DNA of 64,000 nucleotides from Styela clava (Eukaryota): NCBI RefSeq assembly GCF_964204865.1, contig NC_135253.1, positions 16,430,001 to 16,494,000 of the forward strand, read 5' to 3'. Shown piece by piece: positions 12,589 to 25,835 of this stretch (position 1 is its first letter; each line of letters starts with the position of its first letter). The notes under the pieces were generated by a model. It saw only the letters and a program-made list of their open reading frames with translations, ran no database searches and was not told where the DNA came from. The position numbers and the translations under genes were made by a program.

Positions 12589-13506
12589 TTCTAATTTGTT
12601 ACTGTTTGTTATAAATACCTACAACTGGCTTATCATGTTCCCACTGTTTTTGAGTATGTTTTACTGAATTTTATATCTAAATCATTGCACTGTTTTCCAA
12701 ATTACTGACATATTTTAATAAATGAGATGTTTTTTACATTTATTCAATCAAAGTTTGATGGTAATTACAGTTTCCTCAATTTATATTATTATTTGTGCTT
12801 CACTTGACAGAGGTCACATACTAAATAGATTTTACTTCTTTCTTTGTTTTTTTTCAAGGTAAATATTTTGTTTTTATGTTATGTCACAATAGAACAAAAC
12901 TGGTTTTGGATATATTCAAGAAAATGTTTCACGGTAATGCTTAATGTTATAATTTTATGACAGATTCTTGTATATTATTAATACCATTAAAACTGAAATT
13001 TAAAAACTACAGTATTTTGGTGAATAAATCAAATATTTTCACGGAAAACCCTTCGTTGAAATTGATTTTGATTTGTTGCTATGTCATTGTCAGGATATTT
13101 TACTATTATAAATCTCATCCTGATGGTTGAGTTCAAATACTGAATATAAAAGCCAAACGTTCCCATATCATCAAATATATTAAACATGCACCTTTCATAG
13201 TAAGCAGCAATGATAATTAACTAACACAAGCATAAATGAGAGATATATGATCTGAACAACAAGAAAAACTAAAAACGTACCATCTACAGTGAGTGATTCA
13301 TGCCCAAGAATAAGTTTTGCAATACTTGAATGTATGTTCGATAGCAGTAATAGTAAATGCAGCAACGTTGTATATGATTTTGATAATAAATGAAACTTAA
13401 TCAGATGTATCAGCTAAAAACTAATATCAGATAGAAGATTGCCCAGGTACTCCACCACGCTTAGGATTTCTAAGAAGAGCATCTTATAAAGAGCCAATTT
13501 TTCTAT

Positions 13507-16500
13507 TCAAGCTGTACAAATAACTTGCAAGACATTGGAATTCTTCTTCTGTAGTCTCTGTATAATTAAAAACAATCAATTAGTTAGGGTAGAATTTTAT
13601 ATTTATGACAGGGGAGAGGAAAGCCATTAAGACCTCTTGTCCGGTTGCCATTCAGTCGGCGAGGAGTCCAGCAATTGTTCCGCACATGATAATCCCCCGA
13701 AAAATTCGAACCTACGCAGAGTAATCAGAGGTGTGATGACAAGTGTGTTCCCAAGGCAATATGTGATGCACCAACCGCCGAGCCAGTTTGTCTCAGTTAT
13801 TAAAGTCGGGGTGAAATTGGTAAAAAGACATTATTCACACAAGATATGCTCCCAAGAATAAGTGAAAAAAGTAGTAGACAACTAAAAAAGTTGCCAGTGT
13901 ACACGGCAGCATGTTTTATCTTGGTAGAAATCATAAAATCTTTGAATTGAATGTTACCATTAAACTTTGCATCACTGAATTGAATGCTTGAAACAATTCT
14001 GATCTATCCATATCGTCGTTAAGTATAACCATCGGTCGACTGCTCTTAGTTGGGCAATAATCAGAAAACGAAAGATGAACTCTCAAACTATCCAAATTTT
14101 GTTCAGAAGATAGTCGCAGAAGACAAGCGAGTGCTCTTGTTCTTATCGGTGTGTGTGTAAGCATCAATGATCTTAAAGCTGTACAAAAAAAAATTTGCTC
14201 CGAGTCGATTATAAAAATATATATTTCAACTCCACAACAACAACGAAGTAGGTAATTCTTTTTTTAAACGACTACGTTCTCAGAAACCAATTAAAAGTAT
14301 CATATATATAATAGTATCTTCAAGTAGGCTGAAAGCAAAATTTAATATTAGTTTTCAAGTGTAAATTCCATATCTTTTTTGTTTTCAAAATGGCTTTTGG
14401 AGCAAGGACATTCTTAAACATTAAGAGGTCAAAAAAATTTCATGACATGACACATTTCCTCAAACTTGCTAGCTAGAACAACCAATTACAACATTTTTCC
14501 TATATTTTCAATTCAATATGAACTTAATCTATACTTGACGTTCCACACTGTCACTTTGCATCATATTCATAAACTCACATCCAAATCCATGCTTAACTAA
14601 CTCCTTGGCAAGATCTTCTGTTATTTCATCCATGTACATCAGTTCTAAAACTTGAAGATTTTGGCAACTTGTGGCTGAATTAAAAATAGTGTAAATACTA
14701 CGGTAATATTATTGTACTATATCCGGCACATGCCGGCATAAGATTAGACAGCACCATAGATAGCGCCATTTGTTGCTGTTTTCATATTAGGATTTTGAAA
14801 TCGAAAGTCAATTTCAACACTTCTGTTTTTAGATTCACATCTCTTAGAACATTGCAACAGTGTAAACTTAGACAACTGAAACTTAATTGTCCACGTTACC
14901 TATTGATAACAATCCTTTTTTGTCGATACATCTTCCACCAATGCTTAATCCACGCAAGGTTGGCCAACACCATGATATCATTTGTAAAACCTTGTTGTTG
15001 AAGATTTGCGGACTTTTACTAAAGTAAAGAGTTTTATTAACAATGCATGATATTGTAATATTCCTTAGTACAATGCTGTTAGAAATTATGCTGAATTTTA
15101 AAAATAAAAATACCATGATTTTAATGGAGCAACATCCAGAGATAGCAGTTTCCTACAGCCAGCTCCCAATGACCATGTTACTTCCTGATTGAGTGGTTCC
15201 CAACTTCTGAACGTGATACTTCTCAACTCTCTACAAAAATATTGAATACCATATTTTACAGACCATAAGGCGTATTCAAATTCTTTTTTCTTAAAAGCTT
15301 CGTACAGTGACCCTATACTCCTTAAAAACTAAACTATTGTGTCATATAACTGGTGCACCTTATGGGTGGACAAAACCCCAATTCAAGCAATATATTGATA
15401 ATGTGCCTTATGGTCCATAAAATACAGTAATTTTATTAATTTTTACTTGATAACTATATGGTCACGGTCGTCATCCAATCAACAACGAAAAAACTGCAAC
15501 TATAATTTTTTTGACTTGAGTGTTATTGTAATACATTCCACACACATTATAAACTGTCAAACTATAAAGCAAAAAAAAATTCAACAGCAGAACCTAGCAT
15601 TGCCAACAGTCAATTTGAACTTTATATACCAACTAGTGAAGACTGAAAGTAACTATTAAGGTATATCAACACAATATGGCACACTATTCTATATTGTAAA
15701 TTACTGTATAGTAAAAGGATAAGCTCACCTGTTATAACAGCTTGCCATCCACAAGACACGTCTTGTCAAGAATGGGTCACATTTGCTGATAGACAAAACC
15801 AACAAATTATTACCACAAGCTTGCAGAAGACATTCCATACCATCTTCTAAGCTCCCTATAGAGAAAATTTAGGTTAAATTTATAAATGTGTGATATGAAT
15901 TGTTTTTGTTAAAGTTTGCATTATGTATATACAAACAACACCATTTTAGCATGTAAAATAATATACTTTGAAATGAAAGTCATGTCGCATTAATAAAGTG
16001 AATAAACAACAGGCTCCTACAAGAATCAATTTTTAGTTTAATCAAAAATTTAATTTTCAAAACAATACTTGGTGCCATCTCAGGGACATGAATTGAATTC
16101 CATGTCCCATGAGATTAAACACATATCACAATTGGTATCATTTTGTTGTGCGATTGTGATCAATATAAGCAAGTGAGATCACATACAAAGTTGTTTTTGA
16201 AGCTAAGATGGCATACGAAAGTGGCACCGAATATTCTATATGCTCCTCTATTTTTGTATATTGTAAAATTTTTGCATATTTAGCAGTAGTATAAAGAAAC
16301 ACTCATTCGTGTCAATACCTGCAGTTGCAACCTTGTAATCCTTTGAAGTTTCTCCAAGATACCGTTTCCTCCCTTCGATATTACTTAAACTTATATAACA
16401 TGTTTCTTTACACCAAGCTGACAATGTAGATAGAAACTGAAAGAAATCACATAGGTTTCAATTATAGGTGTAAAAATACAAATATCTTTCGAGAATATTT

Positions 16501-19500
16501 AAACACAACTGCTCAAGAATGATATCAATTTGTCTAATAAAATATTTTGAAGAGCCAACATCAAGTCCATGCATCTGAATCAAATAGCTGATTAACTATG
16601 CCCATAGCAGACAAGAACTGGTCACCGGACGCGAGCCCATGGTTCACCATGTGATTAGGCCGTGTTTTCGGTTTCATCTCCTCAAGATGAATACAAAAAT
16701 AAATTAAAAATTGACTTTTTATTACTATTATTGATCATTATGATCTCATCATGTCAGCAGCCCGTACTAAACAATTTATTATTGGGTGAACTGAACTTGA
16801 GATATCAGTTCCTTCACCTGTGAGGATATTTGTTTTGCATCCAAGCTAACCCTCGTCCAAAGTTTGGGATGTTTGCTGACATCTCTCCATTCCCGACAAA
16901 CAATGGAACATCGTAATAATGACTCAGTGTCAAGATATGCAAATACACAAAAAAGAACAATGCGGCGACGAATGGCATCATCGCTGTCAAAATGTTGAAT
17001 TGTAGAAGTTGGAGAGTGACCAATTGCTGTCGATCTTTCAGAGCTTGAAGTCTGCAATGATTAAATAAATTAAGGTTGACGCAATACCATGACCAAAACC
17101 TTAGGCATGCATATTATTTACAACATAATCAGACTCATATTACTAGAATAAAATTGTTATCATAAGAAATATTTTTTTCATTTTCGTAGAAGTAAATAAG
17201 AAATTTATGGGATCTTTTGTATGGGTCACCTTGTATCCAATACATCTCACCTGGGATGGGGTATGTGTGTTAGCAAATGGCCATATAGTTGATTTCTCAA
17301 TCACATTTGAGAGGTCGATGCCTGGAAGTTGATCTACAGTGTTATCTTTTCTTTTATTCCATCTTCTTGGTAGCTCCTGACTACTTGGAGGTTCCAAAAA
17401 TTGGGCCACATAATTATCATTTGAATTTGCCTGTAGTCGACTCACTCTGTGAGATAAACCAATATAAGGCTAGGGTTATCAAAGTATTGTACAAAAAAAT
17501 CTGTCATCCTGCCTTTGATAGTTGACATAGAGAATCTGATAAAAATTTGCAATTTTACTCAATATAGGCACAAATGTTATCTACTTTTGACCCTCCAAAA
17601 TGTTTCAGCTATCAGAAATATATTGACCCGTTAAAGGGCTTAACCATATTCAATTCAATAGAAGTTTTTATATGTATCAAGTTTGTCTACTTTATGCTTC
17701 AAGGAATAAATAAATAACCCTGATATATTGTACGAGTTGCAAAAGTGTTAATTTCGAATATTTAATGTTAAACTTTAAAATAATTATACTATTCAAGCTG
17801 AATTCCATGCATAATTGAAAATCATATATGTAAACTTCTAAAAACAACATTGCCGATTTGATAATTTTAGTATTGTATTACCCAGTACATGCAAGACTCA
17901 TATTTTCCATTAAAAAATAGGCCATATAATGAACCTTCCTACCTTCGGGCAGGTTGTTGTGGTGTAGTAGGTGCAGATGAGGAATAAGGTCTTGGTTGCG
18001 GTGGTTTCTGTAGTAGTTATGAACACTTATAAATTACTACCGGTACTTACAGTTAATAATTGCAATAAAATTTCATAAGATTTCAGTTATATTTACCAAG
18101 TATGTATTAACATTCGTGGATGCGGGTGATGAAGAATCAAGTCTCGACTGTCTGTTAAAATAAAAATTGGTAGATAAAAAACATCATAGACCCTAGAGCA
18201 GTAGTTTTCAAGCGATGGGGTGTGCCCCACAAAGGGGGTAGACAGTTTTTGAGGAGCCGTGAAGCTACTTAAAAATTAAAATATTTGTTGGATTTGGTCT
18301 TGCCCTTCTTATTCAGGATATTTACATTTCTTTATTTTTGGATATCTACGTTCCATCCAGGTATTTTCAACGTGTTTCTTGAATAAAACTTTACTTTTCA
18401 TCCTTTTTTTACTATCTGTTATTTGTAGCTTATTGTTAGCTAGTTGTTTTTGAGGTGGGGCGCGAGACTTGACAAATTCTAAAAAGGAGGTGCGGGTTAA
18501 AAGTTTGACAAACACTGCCCTAGAGGTTTAAACTATGGAATGCTAAAGTTTATGAGTGCAATACCTGGGTCGTTGTGTAGAGTTCTTCAATTGATTTTTG
18601 TAAACCTGAAAATGTAATGTTTATATAGAAGAGGCATATATAAGAAAAAAGCGATTTCACTGGAAGAAGACTACTCATATGAATTCATACCTTCAGTTTC
18701 TCTTCAGCTGTTTCTGCTCGTTCTAATAATCCGGTAATGAAATCTTCGAGCCTTTGTTTTGCAACAGCTTCTTGCTGTGCCGCTTGATGCAAATAGTTAC
18801 GCATTTCATTTTCAGATCTGAAAACCAATAATGCGTAATGATGTATTTGATTACTTCTAGTGTGCTTTTATTAATTAGTGAATGATATACAAGAAATTTT
18901 CACCTTGAAACTTCGTGAAGTTTTCTTTCCAAGTTTACTGCCTGTTCTTTATATTTAGCTGCAAGATGGATGCTCAAGTCAAGTTTCCTTCGTGTTTCTG
19001 TCTCTTGAATTGCAGATGAATTATTGATAGATGTCTGGATCTGAATAACAAATTTTTGTGCAACATTAAAATTTACTATTGCATCTGGAATATGTGACAC
19101 AGCTGCCATGGCATATACGGTAATTGGAAAGGTTGTATATATAGCAGTGTTGCATAGGCTCGGGGCATCGACTCAACTTGAAATTGTGTCACCATTTGTC
19201 AAAGACATGAAGTGAATCCAGAGTAAAGTAAATACGAAGACTCCGATTTGACTCGCGACTAACAAACAGTTCATGAATAACACTATATTGTATGATTGTG
19301 TAGCAAGTACATAAGGATAGTTACTGTGTATTTTAATATTTTCACCACTTATTGTTAGTAGTGCATGTTATTTGCCTGAAACAAGGTCGTTGTCCCAATT
19401 CATTTCCTTTATGATATATTTCTCTCACTCAGTGTAGCTTGTCTTTGCCGTTCTTTGTTAGTTAGAAATTTGGTTTCATCACATATACTTGCTTTAAGGT

Positions 19501-22500
19501 TTCAAGTGTAATTCTTTATTTGGATCAATTCGATTGTGCAACTTACAATATAACAATTGGCATTCAATACATTGTGTGCTTTTTGACCTCTGAAGGAGTC
19601 AAGATCGGAGTTACACTCTGTTAACGTGTGTTCAATAACACGGGAGTGTGGACACGCAGATAGGGTCGAATCTTTGTTGCCCTATATTTTGGTGACACTT
19701 TATACCCAACACTGATGTATAATAAAAATGTATTCTATTTTAACCATAAAAGTATATATATATATATATATAAATAGTGACTAAATTTTTTTTATATTGA
19801 TAAACATTTGCACCTGTATAGTAGCCCAATCACAGGCATTTTCAGGCACAGATTCAAACCGACTCATTGGGAAAGTCTTCAATCAGTTGCCTTCTCATCA
19901 TGTTATAAAATATAATCATCAGTTTAAAATTTTGACGTATATATGTATATTAATAAGTCATTGTCAGCCCTTATAATAGAAACTATATGGAACTTACATG
20001 TTTCGATTCCTTTTCTGTGAATTTGTCTTTTTTCTGCTCATTGTCAGAATCTGACCTGGTAATATAATAATTTAGATTAAAATTTTCATGATCTCTGATG
20101 TTCTGTATAACTCCCCCAGATGATAAAGCAACCGAAAACATAAGGTAAACGAAAATTGTTATTCATGACATTTTGTTTCTCAATTGATTATCAAAACATT
20201 ATCCAGTGGTAAGATTTTTGTTTTTTGAATTGACCTCTCTCTCTTTATATTTTAATGACTCGCAACCAGGTTTAATGACATTCTTCTAGATGCGCGAGAA
20301 ACTCGGCAGGCAGCGGATGAACGCAAATATGCAGCTAAAATAAATATACTTTGTTTGCTTTGAAACTTTGCAATCACAGGAATCGCTTATATTGTATTCA
20401 TATGAAGTTGATCTATGAAATAGCTTTTTCGCCCTCACAGTACCTTAAAACTTCATATTGTTCTTCCTTATGAACTGGATTTCGAATTCTTTTGAATTCA
20501 TTCCATTTGCTTGAGTTCGCTCGCAATCTTTCTTTCTGTTTCCGAATCAGTCTCAATTTTCCTGATAGTCGCAACTCTTCTTCAATTTCAGAAAAATTTC
20601 TGTAAAGTTTATAGATAATAAAATATGATCCTTTGCCCAGCAGAATAAATAGCGCAATTGCAATATGTATAACATAAACACGCTAAATAGTTAGTGTACG
20701 CAAAACTTGCTTTACAAAATTGCTTTATTATCTGCACTGCTAACTATAAGCGAGTTTTTTCTGACTTTACGAGTATAAAAGTTAGAATTCATACCTGTCA
20801 TATTTCTGCAACAGCATTTCAGCTTTCTTATTGTACTTCTCGAATATTTTGTCTATCGAGCTTGGAATGTCATTGAGAACATTCGACTCCATCTGTAAGT
20901 GCAACACACAACAGGTTGTGTAAAACGTCATGAATATTGTATTAACCTTCTCTCGGGCATTTTGATTGGTCGAACTAGGCACAAGGAAAACATAGCCAGT
21001 ATCCCATGATCCGCGTAATAAAAATGTAACTCAATATGCTGATCAATCCGTATAATTTCGAAAGGCTAGAATCAGGCCTTGACCCCTATTTTATACCTAT
21101 CCTATTTATAGATTTTAAAAGGCACGTTATGAAAAATTCACGGGTACTGTTTACTGATCAAAACATATTCAAATACCATCAGAATACGAAAACTGGTCTT
21201 AAAACATTCGAAAATTAAATGAAACTCGTTATAAAGAAGCTAAATCTGTTTTTTAAACAGCTAAATCTGTTTTACTCGCAATTTACATAAAAAAGAAAAT
21301 TTAACGAATCATAAATTTATCTCTGGTAAGGTGGCGAAGTAGACCCATACCCAGGTAATCCAATCAGTGCTATCTGATCTATGATACGACCACATAATTT
21401 GGAACAATTTGAAAAATAAATGGCAATATTTATAGCAATAACGGCCTGGTCTGCCACAATATAGGCGGGGAATAGATAAGATTCAGCTCAGCGATTGAAA
21501 GGAATTTAATGGGCGAAGATGTATTGATTTTATCGTGCTAATGTCATATCTACATTTTCTCATGGCCAGATTGTATATTTTTGAAAAAGTATGATATTAA
21601 AGTGCAAATGAATTTTGTTCCGTGAAATACAAGTTCGGTATATACGTCTATATAGAAAAACTAAGAGAACAACAACAATTTAGCAAATAGATCAATACAG
21701 ACTTCGCGTCCAAAATTTATTTTCATGTGCAAATATTTCCATTGTTCGTACATTTATGTGAGTGTTTCACATTTTGGTCATATTGTTGAAAAACGGCCTA
21801 ACACAATATAATTCATGATTTAATCCACAAAAACATCCTGAATAAAGCAACAATAGCGTATGCGTTGCGCTTTCATCACGTTCGCTCACTCTATTCATAA
21901 CCATCAGTTTTATACGCGCCGATTTTGTTGCGATTAAAGCCTACTCGTAACGTTAACAATAGAGAAATACCCTCATAAAATTCCATAGTGTACATCGTCG
22001 ATTATTTCACAAATATGAGTCAAATAACGAATTCTAATCAAAATCCATCGATGAATTGCACCGTGACGTGAGCTCGCTATTCATTACTATACCCCATTCA
22101 AAAGTGCCGACAATGCGAATGTTTCCCAATTTTAATAATATTGGGAAATAGAGAAATGGTTTGGAAGTTCAAAATTTCCCAGATTTTGAGAAATTGTATT
22201 TGTGAAAAATATAACAATTTAAATTAATAATCAGTCAGACTAATTCTGCATAGAGTGAAAATTTGTCTCATAACCAACAACCTTAACGAAGGGTAAATTG
22301 TTTATAGTCCTGCAATACATCTACAAACATTAATATTGTATTACCATCACACTCCTGCTTTTCTGCGCGGTGTCCAGAAGTAATATCTCCTCCGTTTGTC
22401 CAGGAATATATAAATCTTTCAGTTTTGTCCTTGGGTACGAGTCATCAAATTCAGAATGAGCGATGGCTGCGTGCAAACGAAGACCAACCAAACTTTTGAA

Positions 22501-22560
22501 TCTTTTGTCTAACTCTTTACAATTTTGACAGCGATAGGGAGCCTTATCCAAATCAGTCAT
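13507..22560 (-). CDS. FBXO41: F-box only protein 41 (N-terminal C2H2 finger, coiled coil, F-box, LRR-like C-terminus), about 17 exons
   Basis: Exon 1 22345-22560 (APYRCQNCKELDKRFKSLVGLRLHAAIAH, like FBXO41 LPYRCPRC..KRFRSLSSLRAH). Exons 20795-20892, ~20444-20599, ~19998-20055, ~18904-19040, ~18690-18817 (QEAVAKQRLEDFITGLLERAETAE). F-box exon ~16818-17052 (LFCVFAYLDTESLL..VCREWRDVSKHPKLWTRV), ~15729-15856 (GSLEDGMECLLQACG), probable last exon 13507-13557. Confidence 0.88.
13600..13790 (-). mobile_element. tRNA-derived SINE copy in the last FBXO41 intron
   Basis: Minus strand has A-box-like GGCTCGGCGGTTGG, B-box-like GGTTCGAAT, and a 3' end tttcctctcccc followed by an A-rich tail. Confidence 0.55.
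15249..15427. mobile_element. Tc1/mariner-pogo type MITE
   Basis: TA-flanked imperfect TIRs CCATATTTTACAGACCATAAGGC ... GCCTTATGGTCCATAAAATACAG. Confidence 0.65.
16560..16700 (+). mobile_element. SINE 3' fragment (same family as 50080-50300 and 56900-57070)
   Basis: Shares TCAAGTCCATGCAT and the GAC..GACTG..ACCG and GATTA.GCC...TCTCC tail motifs with the other copies. Confidence 0.45.
18199..18517. mobile_element. hAT MITE
   Basis: CAGT...ACTG termini with a perfect 8-bp TSD CCCTAGAG (18191-18198 and 18518-18525). Confidence 0.85.
19145..19714. mobile_element. Non-autonomous DNA transposon (hAT-like, CAGTGTTG termini)
   Basis: CAGTGTTG...CAACACTG TIR, imperfect 8-bp TSD atatatag/atgtataa, internal GACTC/GAGT motifs. 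Confidence 0.6.
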
Positions 22561-23675
22561 TCCTCGTAAACTAACTGGTGGGTGTCATATAGAATATAGT
22601 TTGAAACAAAAAATGTTGATAAGATAAATTACCAGCCGAAACCCGTCCTTTTGCTGAATTTTTATAAAAGTAATCTCCGTTGTAATGTAGTCACACCCAT
22701 GAAAAGCAGCGACCGTGTAATTATGGAGATGGCGAAGAAACATCTCTACGATCAAAATCAAAGCTACCAATCAAAGGCTTAGAGACGTTGAAGTTTCAAT
22801 ATGAAGTAAAGAAATACCCTGGAGAATGGACAAGGCAAGCTTTTTGGAAGTGTTACGAATTACAAATTGGAAGCATGCCGAATCAGCATGCCCATAAATT
22901 ATAAATCCTTTTAAACATCTGCAATAACAACTACGAAAAATCTTCTCCTTAGCGTAAATAGAAGCATTAAAAACCAACCTAGCCCTACTTAAGTGTTGCA
23001 TGTGGTAGTGCCATGCTTGTTTGAACGCACATCCGAGTCACAATTCTGTTTCTCTTATTCATGTAGGTAAACCTTACAGATTCTAATGTATGTCACAAAT
23101 TGTAAGTACGGACATCCGCCTGAGCTGTGTTGTCAATATACCCATTGAACATATCTGCTTATGACGCTAAAATAAAATACGCGTCCATCCCCTATTATGC
23201 GATGAATAAATCAATAGATTTTTTAGTGAATGACACTCGACTTATACGATGGCGTTAACGCGCATTTGACTAATATTTACCTAACATATGAGGAATATGA
23301 CGTTGCATTGACGTAGGGCTGGCGAAGAATTTATAATCTAGTTCAATATGCTATTGGCGATTGTGTAGGCCTCAATCGTAAAATAAACCACACTGAGAAG
23401 TAGTATCTGTTTTGCATAACTTAACATTTCTATGTCCAAACTATGCTTTCCCATGCTGAATGAAAATTAATGCTGTAGAATAAGGCGGCTAAAACTAATT
23501 CCCAATATTTCTTTAAAAAAGAACATACGAAACTGGTTTATATATACTCATATATATTTTTTATTGTTGTTTAACTTATCACAAACGCTACATTTGCGCA
23601 ATTTTCAAAGGCAGTTTTAATGAAGTTCAAAACAAACGAATAAAATCAGAAAAATGCAATAAAAAGGTTTCATCA

Positions 23676-24470
23676 TTATGACCATCCGATCGGCTCGTCA
23701 CCCATTATTAGGCCGAAGGTGTCGCAGAGTCCTGTACTTTTGCACCAACTACAAATATTTCCGCCTGAAACAAAATGGTTACATTCACATAGATTCATAA
23801 AACAGAATGATTTGCATAGCCAGAAATATTTCGCTGTAATAAATTTATTCATCGATGTCTCACGTGGCATATCGGAATCATAACAAAAAATGTTGAAAAC
23901 GCATTTATTTGCGGATGTACGTTTTTATAAGCTCGTAACAAGTACGAAAGATGAAGTTGAGCAGAGTGAAATTTGGCAACAGATAATGCCCAACCAATCA
24001 ATCCCACCTAAATTATAGCTCCTTATCTCACGATGTATGCTTGTTGGGACCTTTTACAGACTAAAGCTATAAAAATACCAGATAAAACGTATCTATGTCT
24101 ATATCAAAATTCATTAAAACTTACTTTGACCCGCTAGTACTCCGCAACGATTTGAACAATATTTTGCCAAGCAGTATTTTTGCATTTGTTTCAAGAAAGC
24201 AGATGGAGGACCTGTTGAAAGTTTGTAATGTATATATAAATATTGATGTTTGAGACATACAAGAATGAGCTCAATGGGTTCGCTACAATTATATATATTA
24301 TTCCACAATAAAACAAATGTATATCAGAACGATCCGTATGTACATTTCGTGTCCAATAAAATACATTTTATGATTCCAATCCACTTACTTGATCTTTTCA
24401 CGATGCCAGAATTCACCATTGATAGACTTAGGACCAAAACAAAGAAGATTCCGCAATAAAAACCTTTCAT
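23676..24470 (-). CDS. Three-exon gene for an 85-aa secreted cysteine-rich peptide precursor (signal peptide, KR, six-Cys peptide)
   Basis: Exons 24389-24470, 24125-24211, 23676-23764; both introns phase 1 with gtaagt donors and ttcag/aacag acceptors. Product MKGFYCGIFFVLVLSLSMVNSGIVKRSSPPSAFLKQMQKYCLAKYCSNRCGVLAGQSGNICSWCKSTGLCDTFGLIMGDEPIGWS. AAAATG start context, TATA-like motif ~24574-24580, AATAAA on minus at ~23559-23564. Confidence 0.8.
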
Positions 24471-25728
24471 TTTTGAAACTAGTTGCAATGAAGAAAAGGA
24501 CAAACTCGTATACTATTGACGGCTTTGTAAACTAAAGCTTCTGGTTTGTGCGACTGGATTTGAGGACTGTCCCATATATACCCCGAATATGGGAAATTTT
24601 CATAGGATGTTACGTCACGCATCTTTGAAAACACCATAATGCGTCAGGTATGTATTATATGTCAAGCCCTATTCACGCTCACATCGTCACCTAACGTAAT
24701 AAAATATGCAAATTTGGAATTCAGGGAGTATATATCAATGTCATTTTATAACTGATTTCCAAATAAGTAATAGATTTTACAATCTCGAAGCTAGCTTTTG
24801 CTCAATTATATTTATAACCGGACTTAGAATTTACATATTTATCCCGGATAGCATTTGCATCAAGGGTAAGCATTTACATTTTACTTTTTCAACTCTGTGC
24901 AAGCGATACTATTGTAGAGTCGAGTTGAGCTTGTAGTAAATCTAATATTCGACATTTTGTTTTGGTTCATTAGTTACGGATTGAACGTCAAAAGGGTGAC
25001 TTTTAAGTCGCTGAAGTCTAAAAGATGTCAAACATCCGTACACGCTTTGAAGACGAACACCGGCTGCCAAGTCCACAAACAAGTGTTTCAAATTTTTGGA
25101 CGTTATTTTGTTAAAGTCCTTTGGAACGCCACCCACATGTGCGCGTATTCTCACTGCTAAGTTTTCAATTTCGCCTTTGATCATCATAGTCCACGTGGTG
25201 ATGTAATACACCAAACCTGTCGCCGCATAAAAAAAAAGTTGATATTACTCACGACGAGCACGTTTTAGTAATTTCTTGGTTCCCAATTTTAAATATATAT
25301 GATTGACCGTTGATTTTAGATCCCTGCATTAACCAAAGCTTTGAAACATATAATTAGGATTTAACCATGAATTGAAAAATATGGTGTGTGAAAATTTCTG
25401 TGGTGAAAATTTCTACCTTTCCATCAGTGCTCGCTTATTTTTCTTAATGGTTCACCTAGCATTGCATCTGGTATTCCTGCTGGATTTACAATTAACGTTA
25501 ACTACCCCAATCTAAAATTTTCATTCTCCTTTATGCTCGTTAAATAATCAGTAGAAAATCGATGTCTACCAATCTAATAAAGAGAGCATCTGCAAAACCT
25601 CCCATCACTCAAACGAACACGACAACACATTTGATAGTGACCGTGGCAGGTAATTTACTTTATTATGACATACTTTCCTCATCTTCTGGGTTTTCTATTT
25701 TTACTCATTCTGTCTTTTCTTGATGAGC

Positions 25729-25835
25729 ATGGGTGTGGTGCATCCTGCGGGCCAAATGCGGCCTACAAGAAAAACTTGTGCGGACCACGTAGAGGCGCCA
25801 CTTTTGAATGGTGTGCGGCCCGCGAGGCGAGTTTA
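25729..25835 (+). mobile_element. Truncated hAT MITE end
   Basis: GCGGGCC..ATGCGGCC and GCGGCCCGCG subterminal motifs like those at 7815 and 44880; no partner end found. Confidence 0.4.

Noticed and set aside
20140-20335. GC-richer exon-like segment in an FBXO41 intron
   Set aside because: All three frames stop shortly after the acceptor, and flanking exons join in phase without it.
24942-25220. 90-aa minus-strand ORF with an upstream AG
   Set aside because: No recognisable homology and no convincing partner exons; left unassigned.
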